Source: Mycoplasmatota bacterium
Lineage (GTDB): Bacteria > Bacillota_I > Bacilli_A > MAG-NZ
Reading direction: 5' to 3'
NCBI GenBank assembly: GCA_018394315.1
Contig: CP074575.1
Location: forward strand, 1,644,615 to 1,708,614
Length of the DNA: 64,000 bases
This document shows positions 8,906 to 17,541 of the stretch, in pieces. The translations under genes were made by a program, and so were the position numbers. The notes under the pieces are model-generated. The model was not told the origin of the DNA. It saw only the letters and a program-made list of their open reading frames with translations, and did no database searches. The stretch's first letter is position 1; each line of letters starts with the position of its first letter.

Positions 8906-9405
8906 TATTAAACAACAAAGGGGCAACATTGGTTAACATACTAGCTTCATTACTAATTTCATCAATAGTCATATTAGCATCAACTCAACTAATATATTTT
9001 CTTTCTAAGACTTCATCTGATAATGAATTGGACACAAAAATAATAAATGAAGGAATGATAGCCGTTTCTCACCTCTATGAAGTTTATAACGATTTCATAT
9101 TTATGAGTAGTGAAAGCTGTGTGTCAAACACTAATTGTGTAGTACTAGTTCAAGATAGCACTAATAAACTGCAGATTGGTTTTGTGCCTGATGTTATAGG
9201 TGAGAAAATTGAAATAATCAAGATAAACTCTAGTGTCGAGACAACAGAATATATTACTTTTAATGCATTATTAACAAATTCTTTGATTGCAAAATCATGC
9301 GTTAATTGTCCAAACCCAACTAGTGATGTATATGTTTTATCGTTTGATTTATTCTTAGAACCTGATCATACAAAGAGCTTTAAAACATCATTTAAGACTA
9401 ATTAA
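8902..9405 (+). CDS. Minor pilin (PilW-like)
   Basis: MILNNKG|ATLVNILASLLISSIVI class III signal; ATGA overlap with the upstream gene. Confidence 0.7.
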   Translation: MILNNKGATLVNILASLLISSIVILASTQLIYFLSKTSSDNELDTKIINEGMIAVSHLYEVYNDFIFMSSESCVSNTNCVVLVQDSTNKLQIGFVPDVIGEKIEIIKINSSVETTEYITFNALLTNSLIAKSCVNCPNPTSDVYVLSFDLFLEPDHTKSFKTSFKTN

Positions 9406-9441
9406 AGTTTAAATCATACTTTTTTTAAAAAAAGTGTATTT

Positions 9442-10350
9442 CTACACTTTTTCTCTTATTTTTTTGAGTAAATCACTGTCAAACTTATTACTTTTAATCA
9501 TATCAATTTCGTATTTATAAGGTGGAAACACCTTATTTTTACTGTCCTCAAATTCTGTAACATAAGGAGTTTCTAGTATTTTGGGTATATTAATAAAATC
9601 AAGGTGATTTATTATCTTAAGTAAAGACTCAAATCCAATGTAACCAAATCCAATATTTTCATGTCTATCCTTATGTGAACCTTTACTGTTTTTGCTATCA
9701 TTTATATGAAATACGCTTATTTTGTTTCTTCCGATATATTTGTCAAAATCCTTAAGTACATTATCAAAGTCACTTAATTCATATCCGGCATCATGGGTAT
9801 GACAAGTGTCAAAACAAACTGTTATTCTATCTGAATTAATTTCAGTAATCATGTATCCAATTTCTTCGAATGAAATCCCTACTTCGGTTCCTTTACCGGC
9901 CATAGTCTCTAATGCTATTTTAGTATTTAAGTCTACTGTATTTTCCAAAACTACCTTAAGTCCATTAATAATATGTTCCATTCCCTTTTCAGGCCCCTGA
10001 TTTAAATGTGAACCAGGGTGAACTACAATTTGACCTGCTCCCATCAAACTTGTCCTTTTAACTTCCTCTGTAAGAAAATCAATCGCAAACTTTCTCTTTT
10101 CTGGATCCGGATTAGCTAGATTCATTATATATGGTGCATGAACAACCACATTCTCTAGTGGTATATCATTTTCAATCATCAATTCATGAGCTTCTGGAAT
10201 CTTCAATATACTAATGTCACTTCTTCTAGTGTTTTGTGGCGCTCCAGTATAAATCATAAAACAATTTGCATTATAACTTAATGCCTCATTTACACTACCA
10301 AGCATTTTTTCTTTTCCGCCCATACCAACATGTGATCCTATTTTCAACAT
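9442..10350 (-). CDS. nfo: Endonuclease IV
   Basis: GSHV, HAPYIMNLAN, ETMAGKG, CFDTCH, HINDSK, DRHENIG, ILETP. Confidence 0.97.
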   Translation of the reverse strand: MLKIGSHVGMGGKEKMLGSVNEALSYNANCFMIYTGAPQNTRRSDISILKIPEAHELMIENDIPLENVVVHAPYIMNLANPDPEKRKFAIDFLTEEVKRTSLMGAGQIVVHPGSHLNQGPEKGMEHIINGLKVVLENTVDLNTKIALETMAGKGTEVGISFEEIGYMITEINSDRITVCFDTCHTHDAGYELSDFDNVLKDFDKYIGRNKISVFHINDSKNSKGSHKDRHENIGFGYIGFESLLKIINHLDFINIPKILETPYVTEFEDSKNKVFPPYKYEIDMIKSNKFDSDLLKKIREKV

Positions 10351-10463
10351 ACTTTCATCACCTTTTCACTTCTAGATTATTTTAAAAATTTTCTCCACAC
10401 ATAATTCTAATGATAAACAAATAATTTCCAATACAAATGATTTAATCAATCTGTACTTTAAAA

Positions 10464-11759
10464 TTATTTTCTTCTTCTTTTACTGCTTTTAGCGAGTCTC
10501 TTCGCTAGCTTTTCTACCTCTTTTGCCCTTTTTTTCTTATAGCCAGGTTTGACTTTCTTTGTTTTTTTTATCATAGCATTAGCTTGTTCATGCTGACTAG
10601 AAACAAATACTTTCTTGGTCCTTTGATTTCTAATTTTAGAGTCAACTAATTCACCATTTTTGATTTCTTTGAAAGTGAATTTGATATTTTTTTCTTCTAA
10701 TTTATCTAGATACTCATAAGACTCATAATCGTAAAAACTTATAGCTATACCTTTATTGTTAGCTCTAGCTGTTCTACCTGTACGGTGGATATAGAACTCT
10801 ACGTCCGTTGGTAATTCATAATTAATTACGTGCGATACATCATCAATGTCTATTCCTCTAGCCGCAATGTCTGTAGCAACAATATATTGAAATTGTAAAT
10901 TTTTAGTTCTTCTCATCATTTGTTTTCTGATTCTAACAGGCAAATCTCCATGGATTTCTCCAACTGTATAACCTTTGGATCTTAAATAAGCTGCTAACTC
11001 AATAGTTTTCTTTTTTGTGTTTGTAAAAATGATTGACAAATATGGATTTAAAATATCCAGCAAATTACAAAGCAATCCATCTTTACCCTTATACTTAGTA
11101 GCAATAAGAAAATGTTCAATATTCGTATGAGCTAGTTTCTCTCCTTCGATACTAATAAACAAAGGATTATCTAAATATTTTTTTAAAAAGGGTTCAAGCC
11201 CAGAGGGAATTGTAGCACTGAATACCATCATTTGAAGTTCTGACTTCATCATTCCAGCAACTTGATCTAGTTCTTCTAGGAATCCATCTTCAAGTGCCAT
11301 ATCGGCTTCATCAATAACAAAAACACTTGTAGTATGTACAAGTAATTTTTGTTCTTTTACTACAAAATCATGTAGTTTTCCAGGAGTTCCTATCGCAATT
11401 GTAGGTTGAGAACTGAGTTGTTTTAATTCACGCAATCTATCAGTTCCTCCTGTATATAAACGAATATCGATTCTTTCTTTAGAATGCTTAGCTATTTGAT
11501 TTGCTACTAAATAGATTTGTTCTGCTAATTCTCTTGTTGGAGAACAAATAACAGCTTCTACATCACCATTTAACTCTAGATTTTCGAATATAGGAAATAA
11601 AAACGCATGAGTTTTACCAGAGCCTGTTTGAGATCTACCGACAATGCTTTTTCCTAAAATGGCATTAGGTATAACCTTTTCTTGAATTTCAGTTAACTTT
11701 TTAAAACCTAGCTCTTTAATAGCCTCTTTGATAAAATTTTTAAATTTGGTCTCTATCAT
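10464..11759 (-). CDS. cshB: DEAD-box RNA helicase CshB
   Basis: QTGSGKT, PTRELA, DEAD, SAT, HRTGRTAR, 'KVKPGYKKK' tail; adjacent to nfo as in Bacillus. Confidence 0.93.
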   Translation of the reverse strand: MIETKFKNFIKEAIKELGFKKLTEIQEKVIPNAILGKSIVGRSQTGSGKTHAFLFPIFENLELNGDVEAVICSPTRELAEQIYLVANQIAKHSKERIDIRLYTGGTDRLRELKQLSSQPTIAIGTPGKLHDFVVKEQKLLVHTTSVFVIDEADMALEDGFLEELDQVAGMMKSELQMMVFSATIPSGLEPFLKKYLDNPLFISIEGEKLAHTNIEHFLIATKYKGKDGLLCNLLDILNPYLSIIFTNTKKKTIELAAYLRSKGYTVGEIHGDLPVRIRKQMMRRTKNLQFQYIVATDIAARGIDIDDVSHVINYELPTDVEFYIHRTGRTARANNKGIAISFYDYESYEYLDKLEEKNIKFTFKEIKNGELVDSKIRNQRTKKVFVSSQHEQANAMIKKTKKVKPGYKKKRAKEVEKLAKRLAKSSKRRRK

Positions 11760-11855
11760 TTAATCACATCTTTCTAGTATGTATCCTTACTTATTATATA
11801 TTATTATCAGTATTTTAGAAACGATATGTTAAAATAAGTTTAAGGATGTGTTTTT

Positions 11856-12746
11856 ATGAAAGTAATTAAAATTAAACCAAGTGGATATTGTTTTGGTGTT
11901 GTTAATGCAATAAAGGCTGTTATTGACGCACATAACTCTAATGTTCCTAAACCAATTAATATTTATGGAATGTTAATCCATAATAAGCAAGTTATAAATG
12001 CACTATCTTCATTAGGAATAAATACTATTTTCAATCCTACAATTGAAGATTTAAGTAATATTAAAGGTACAATTATATTTACAGCTCATGGAATAAGCTC
12101 CAAAGTTATATCTGAAGCAAAAAAAAGAAATCTTCATATAATCAATGCAACCTGCAGAGATGTTTTAAAGACAATGAAGATTATAAATAAATATTTAAAC
12201 AAAGGTTATGAAGTTCTTTATATTGGTAAAGACAATCACCCTGAAGCCATCGCAGCTACAGAGGATGGAAGAGTTCATCTCATTGAGAAATTACCTGACT
12301 TATTTAATCTAGATTTAACAAAAAAATTTATTATTACAAATCAAACGACCATGAGTATAAATGATATTAAGGAGATTCATGACTTTGTATCCGAAAAATT
12401 TCCACACATTAAAATAATAGACGAGATTTGCAATGCTACTAGAAGACGTCAACTTGCAGTGTTGGAAAATATTGATACTGATATCCTATATGTGGTAGGT
12501 GATAAGAAATCAAACAATTCATTAAATCTAGCAAGTCTGCATCCTAACGGAAGACTAATTGAAGGAATATCTGACATCGATATTAATGAGTTAAAAAATT
12601 TTAATACAGTTTCTGTTACCGCAGGAGCATCGACTCCTAAGGCAATAATTAATGAAGTAATCGATTATTTAGAGCATTTTGATGATAACTCATATGAAAA
12701 TAATAATTCAAAACTTACAGCTAGAGATATTTTAAACTTAAATTAA
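11856..12746 (+). CDS. ispH: 4-hydroxy-3-methylbut-2-enyl diphosphate reductase
   Basis: GYCFGV, ATC, HPE, QTT, ICNAT, SNNS, TAGASTP. Confidence 0.96.
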   Translation: MKVIKIKPSGYCFGVVNAIKAVIDAHNSNVPKPINIYGMLIHNKQVINALSSLGINTIFNPTIEDLSNIKGTIIFTAHGISSKVISEAKKRNLHIINATCRDVLKTMKIINKYLNKGYEVLYIGKDNHPEAIAATEDGRVHLIEKLPDLFNLDLTKKFIITNQTTMSINDIKEIHDFVSEKFPHIKIIDEICNATRRRQLAVLENIDTDILYVVGDKKSNNSLNLASLHPNGRLIEGISDIDINELKNFNTVSVTAGASTPKAIINEVIDYLEHFDDNSYENNNSKLTARDILNLN

Positions 12747-12806
12747 TTTGCTTTTTAAGTTAATAATCTTTATAATGTTATTAGCATATATTGAAGAGGT
12801 GAAAAA

Positions 12807-12992
12807 ATGAGCAAGAAAAAACCAATTGAGATTGTAAAAAAAAGGGATAACTCAATTGAGGTAGCAATTAGAAAGAATCCTGCTAAAACAACGTTCGGTA
12901 AAGTGACAGGTATTGTTGTTATTGTTGGTTTTGTTATCTTACCTGTTGTTGGATTACTTTATGCTTTGGTTAGAATGATGTCAACAATGTAG
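12807..12992 (+). CDS. Small membrane protein of unknown function
   Basis: SD GAGGTG, basic N-terminus, one TM helix, own terminator. Confidence 0.75.
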   Translation: MSKKKPIEIVKKRDNSIEVAIRKNPAKTTFGKVTGIVVIVGFVILPVVGLLYALVRMMSTM

Positions 12993-13012
12993 TCTGAAGA
13001 CTACTTTTTTTT
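12989..13012 (+). terminator. Intrinsic terminator of the small protein gene
   Basis: GTAGTC-tgaa-GACTAC followed by T8. Confidence 0.75.
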
Positions 13013-13013
13013 C

Positions 13014-13046
13014 AAACAAAAAGAGATATTCAATTATCTCTTTTTG
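13014..13046 (-). terminator. Intrinsic terminator of spo0A
   Basis: CAAAAAGAGATA-6 nt-TATCTCTTTTTG inverted repeat. Confidence 0.75.
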
Positions 13047-13049
13047 TAT

Positions 13050-13829
13050 TTACGAAGCAATCTTATGTTCTAATCTTAATTTATCGGCTATCATAGCGAT
13101 AAACTCTGAATTAGTTGGTTTTGATTTATTATAACTGATTGTATAACTAAAAATTGAACTAATCGCATCAATATTACCACGATTCCATGCAACTTCAATT
13201 GCATGTCTAATAGCTCTTTCTACTCTTGATGAAGTAGTTTTAAATTTTTTAGCTACCTCAGGATATAGTACTTTTGTAATTCCACCTAAAAGCTCTATAT
13301 TCTCATAAACCATACCAATTGAATCTCTTAAATATAAGTATCCTTTAATGTGTGCAGGTACACCAATTTCGTGCAAAATATTTGTTATTTCACTATCTAG
13401 ATCAATAGTTGATTGAGTTAAACTAATAATTTTATTATTTACACCTTCATCGCTAGTAAATACTTCTTTAATAGTATCAACTAATTTTGTTAGTTCAAAT
13501 GGTTTCATAACAAAATAATCTGCTCCTTTAGAAGCTGCTTTTTTCATTAGATTCTCACTATTGAAAGCTGTAAACATTATTATTTTATTTGGTCGTAAAT
13601 ATGCTTTATCGTTGTTGAGTGCGTCTAGTACATCCACACCATCTAGGTCAGGCATAAAAACGTCTAATATTAACATATCAACTTTTATCATTCTTAATGC
13701 TTTTAACGCCTCTTTACCGTTATAGGCTGTACCAATAACTTCCATATTACTTTGTACGTTTATAAACTCCTTCAACATCGTTACTAACTCTTTATTGTCA
13801 TCAACAATAAAGACTCTGATTTTGCTCAT
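13050..13829 (-). CDS. spo0A: Sporulation master regulator Spo0A
   Basis: Receiver domain ([15 protein letters not shown]) plus 'GVPAHIKGY', '[15 protein letters not shown]', '[17 protein letters not shown]'. Confidence 0.98.
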   Translation of the reverse strand: MSKIRVFIVDDNKELVTMLKEFINVQSNMEVIGTAYNGKEALKALRMIKVDMLILDVFMPDLDGVDVLDALNNDKAYLRPNKIIMFTAFNSENLMKKAASKGADYFVMKPFELTKLVDTIKEVFTSDEGVNNKIISLTQSTIDLDSEITNILHEIGVPAHIKGYLYLRDSIGMVYENIELLGGITKVLYPEVAKKFKTTSSRVERAIRHAIEVAWNRGNIDAISSIFSYTISYNKSKPTNSEFIAMIADKLRLEHKIAS

Positions 13830-13960
13830 ATTTAATCCCCCTCGTTAATTAACTTTATCCCACTCCCATCAAATTTTCAATCTCTAAAACCATCATCAAA
13901 CATTATTTTTAAACTCAATGACAAACTTCAACACATTTTATAACCCAAATCTTAACATTT

Positions 13961-13977
13961 TGTCGAAGAGTGTCGAA
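13961..13977. promoter_or_regulatory. Tandem Spo0A boxes upstream of spo0A
   Basis: TGTCGAA at 13961-13967 and 13971-13977, both perfect TGNCGAA matches. Confidence 0.75.
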
Positions 13978-14002
13978 ATTTTACTTGTTCATTATTTTAG
14001 AT

Positions 14003-14995
14003 TTACTTTATAAATATATCACTATCTTCTAGCATCCACTCAATATATATTCCATATCCCATCGTTGGATCATTAATAAGTACATGTGTAATAGCTCCAA
14101 TGATTTTACCGTTTTGAATGATTGGACTTCCGCTCATTCCCTGGATTATACCACCCGTTCTAGTAAGTAATTTCTCATCTGTAATTTTTATTTTCATACT
14201 TTTGATATCCTTTTCATTTTGTTTGGTCACTTCCAATATTTCAACATCAAAAGTTTCTACTTTATTATCTTTTATCACAGTTAATATTTGAGCTTTACCT
14301 GTTTTTACTTCTTCTTTATCGGCTATAGGATAAACCTTTTGATTTTCAAAATGGCTATTTGTGATAACACCATAAATTCCTGTTATAGTATTTTTTGTTA
14401 CAATACCAATTTCTTTATCACTAATTATAGCCTTTTTCTCTCCAGGATTCCCTATAGAACCTTTCTCTATTTCCATAACTATAGATTTAGTTATATAACC
14501 GGAATCTACTTTAATTTTAGTATCATTTATCCCGTGTCCCAAGGCACCGAACAAATCATATTCTGGAAATACATAAGTAAGCGTACCAACACCCACTATG
14601 TTATCGTTTAGATATAATCCTAGAGTTCTTACTCCATCTCTGATAATAGGCTTAATTTCCTTTTTAAGTTCTTTACCATTTCTTTCAATAACAATTGATA
14701 TTGTTTTTGATGGAGTAATATTATCTAATTCTTCTTTAATGTCACTCGAACTCTCTATAATTTTATTGTTAAATTTTAAAATTTTGTCTCCTGGTCTAAT
14801 TCCCGCATCTTCTGATGGCGATTTACCATTAACTCCAAATGTTTTATCTATATAAACTCCTGTCTCAAGTTTGATACCTATAGACTCACCACTAGGAATT
14901 AGTTTAATATCATCTTTATCAAGAGTTAAAGCAGATGCTTCAGGAATAAGAAACAATAACAAGATTATAAATAAGGATTTATTTAAAAATTTGAT
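14003..14995 (-). CDS. spoIVB: SpoIVB serine peptidase (S55, PDZ)
   Basis: 'IPSGESIGIKL', PDZ, 'GVGTLTY', 'FGALGH', 'GGIIQGMSGSPIIQNGK'; between recN and spo0A; start proposed at ATC 14995 (ORF track 14962). Confidence 0.95.
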   Translation of the reverse strand: MKFLNKSLFIILLLFLIPEASALTLDKDDIKLIPSGESIGIKLETGVYIDKTFGVNGKSPSEDAGIRPGDKILKFNNKIIESSSDIKEELDNITPSKTISIVIERNGKELKKEIKPIIRDGVRTLGLYLNDNIVGVGTLTYVFPEYDLFGALGHGINDTKIKVDSGYITKSIVMEIEKGSIGNPGEKKAIISDKEIGIVTKNTITGIYGVITNSHFENQKVYPIADKEEVKTGKAQILTVIKDNKVETFDVEILEVTKQNEKDIKSMKIKITDEKLLTRTGGIIQGMSGSPIIQNGKIIGAITHVLINDPTMGYGIYIEWMLEDSDIFIK

Positions 14996-15069
14996 AATAA
15001 TTCCTCCTAAGCGCTTATTTATCCTTTCTTAACATTATTCAGGCTATTTTTATTCTTCCCACAAAATAA

Positions 15070-15102
15070 GAAAACGCACCTTTTAATTATTGGAAGTGCG
15101 TT
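15070..15102 (-). terminator. Probable terminator after recN
   Basis: AACGCAC...GTGCGTT inverted repeat followed by T run on the minus strand. Confidence 0.5.
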
Positions 15103-16771
15103 AATTATATTCGTTTAACAACTCTTTTGCATTTTGAATAGCAGTATTTGTTATTTTTTCATTTGATAACATTTTAGAAATTTCATAAATTTTTTCTTTC
15201 TCGTCTAAGTAAATACTTTTTGAAATTGTTCTACCATTCATTTCATGTTTACTAACAAATAAATGATGATCAGCAACAGCAGCTACTTGTGGTAAATGAG
15301 TAATCAACAAAACTTGTGTATCTTTTGATATCAATTTAACTTTTTTAGCAATAGAATGGGCTACACTTCCACTTACTCCCGAATCTATTTCATCAAATAT
15401 TATCGTTGATAATTTTTGAGATTTCAGTAAAATTGTTTTTAATGCAAGCATAATTCTACTTATCTCTCCACCTGAAGCAGTTTTGTTTAGTGGTTTAAGT
15501 GGTTCTCCCGTATTAGTTGAGATTAAGAAATCTAATGTATCAATTCCATCATTACTAAATATATTACTATTTAATTTGTCACTTAAATCCACTTCATTAA
15601 ATAAGACTTTAAAATCAGCTTTTTCTAGATGTAAATCTTTTAAATGTTCAGTTAATTGACTTTCTAAATTTCTTGCTACTTGCATTCTTTTGTTACGAAT
15701 ATTTTTAACTTCTAAGATTAAATTAGTAAACGAAGATTCAATTTTAGATAAAATCTTTTCTATGGACTCATCCTTATTCTCATACGCATTTATTTGCGTT
15801 TTAAGTTCATCTAAATATTTTTCTAGTTCTTGTACGCTTTTTCCGTATTTTCGTTTTAAACGGTTAATTTCATTCAATCTTGTTTGAATCATATTTAGTT
15901 TTTCCGGATTGAAATCTAAATAATCTAAATTTTTATTTAAATTATTTATAACTTCTTCTAATTCATAATAAACATTTTCTAGCGACTCACTAGAATTCTT
16001 AAAATCACTGCTATATTCTGTTAATTTAGCAATTTTCTCTTTAGCTGAAAATATATTTTGTAATGCATTACTATCGTATAAATACGTGTAAGCATCCTTA
16101 ATATTTTGATAAATTTTATCGAAGTTTTTATATTTTTTCTCGTCTTCATTAAGTTTTTCTTCTTCTATAACACTCAAATTAGCATCCATTAGTTCTTCTA
16201 GTTGATATTTTAAGTAATCTACTTGTCTATTCATCTCATCATTACTATTCATTAAATCATTATAAACTTTTATATGTTTTTTATATTTTTCCAAACTTAG
16301 TTTATAATTACTCAAATCAATATTATCCAATCCATCTAATATTTCTATATAATTTGATGGATCAATTAGTCTATGTGTATCGTGTTGTAAATGTATATCA
16401 ATTAAATATTTGGTTATCTCTCTTAATACACTTAAAGTTATGCTTGTCCCATTTACTCTTAATGTACTATTTCCACTCGCTAAGAGTTGTCTTAGAATAA
16501 TGATTTTATCCTCACATTCAATACCAAATTCATATAATTTTTCTTTGATTTTATTATTTTTAAAAGAGAAAACTCCTTCTATTACGGCCTTTTTCTCACC
16601 ATGTCTGATCATTTCTAAAGATGCTCTTTCACCTAACAACAAACCAATTGCATCAATAATAATAGTTTTTCCTGCCCCAGTTTCACCAGTTAAAACAGTA
16701 AGACCTTTTTTAAAATTAATTTCAGTATTATCAATGATTGCGAAGTTTTCTATTCTAATACTTTCTAACAT
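15101..16771 (-). CDS. recN: DNA repair protein RecN
   Basis: LTGETGAGKT, ASGGEISRIMLA, IFDEIDSGVSG, ITHLPQVAA. Confidence 0.97.
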   Translation of the reverse strand: MLESIRIENFAIIDNTEINFKKGLTVLTGETGAGKTIIIDAIGLLLGERASLEMIRHGEKKAVIEGVFSFKNNKIKEKLYEFGIECEDKIIILRQLLASGNSTLRVNGTSITLSVLREITKYLIDIHLQHDTHRLIDPSNYIEILDGLDNIDLSNYKLSLEKYKKHIKVYNDLMNSNDEMNRQVDYLKYQLEELMDANLSVIEEEKLNEDEKKYKNFDKIYQNIKDAYTYLYDSNALQNIFSAKEKIAKLTEYSSDFKNSSESLENVYYELEEVINNLNKNLDYLDFNPEKLNMIQTRLNEINRLKRKYGKSVQELEKYLDELKTQINAYENKDESIEKILSKIESSFTNLILEVKNIRNKRMQVARNLESQLTEHLKDLHLEKADFKVLFNEVDLSDKLNSNIFSNDGIDTLDFLISTNTGEPLKPLNKTASGGEISRIMLALKTILLKSQKLSTIIFDEIDSGVSGSVAHSIAKKVKLISKDTQVLLITHLPQVAAVADHHLFVSKHEMNGRTISKSIYLDEKEKIYEISKMLSNEKITNTAIQNAKELLNEYN

Positions 16772-16776
16772 TTACT

Positions 16777-17541
16777 TCAACTCCTATGTGCTATTCTAAC
16801 CACTTCAAGTACATCAATTCTTTTTGACTGTTTACCGAAATGCACTAAAAATTCATGATTTCCTTCTTTTCCAGTGATTGGTGAATGTGTTAAACCACTA
16901 ACTTTTAAACCTAGTAGCTCAAAATAACTAATTAAGTCTTTTAAAATCTTGATGTGAATCTTCTTATCCTTTATTACACCATTCTTCAAGTGTTTACCAT
17001 TTGACTCAAATTGTGGTTTTATCAGAACTATCATTTCTGTATTAAAGTTACATAAATAGGGAATTATTTTTTTTAATGAAACAAATGATACGTCTACCAC
17101 TATAAAATTTGGATTTCCTTTTACAAAGTAGCTATTATCAACATCTAGGATATTTGTTTTTTCATAAGAAATAACCTTAGAGTGCCTCTTGATTTTATCC
17201 ACCAATTGATCTCTACCAACATCGATAGCATAAACCAGTATTGCACCATTTTTTAAGGAGCAGTCTGTAAAACCACCGGTAGACGCACCTACATCTAGTA
17301 CAATTTGGTCATTAAAGTCTAATTCAAACTCATCTATTGCTCTTTGTAATTTTAATCCTGCCCTTGAAACAAATGGATTAACGTTACCTATAATCTCTAT
17401 AGAGTCATGTTCATTAACTTTTAAACTAGGTTTAGCTTTTGTTCCGTTTACAAGTACTATACCTGATTTTATTGCTTCTTGAGCTTTGTTCCTTGAACTA
17501 AATTTATTTAATTCAACTAACATATTGTCTAATCTTTTCAT
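16777..17541 (-). CDS. tlyA: TlyA family rRNA 2'-O-methyltransferase
   Basis: S4 domain, FVSRAGLKL, LDVGASTGGFTD, DVSFVSL, LIKPQFE. Confidence 0.93.
   Translation of the reverse strand: MKRLDNMLVELNKFSSRNKAQEAIKSGIVLVNGTKAKPSLKVNEHDSIEIIGNVNPFVSRAGLKLQRAIDEFELDFNDQIVLDVGASTGGFTDCSLKNGAILVYAIDVGRDQLVDKIKRHSKVISYEKTNILDVDNSYFVKGNPNFIVVDVSFVSLKKIIPYLCNFNTEMIVLIKPQFESNGKHLKNGVIKDKKIHIKILKDLISYFELLGLKVSGLTHSPITGKEGNHEFLVHFGKQSKRIDVLEVVRIAHRS

Noticed and set aside
10380..10425. Fur/Zur-like box upstream of nfo
   Set aside because: Only a partial TGATAA half-site with no convincing dyad symmetry.
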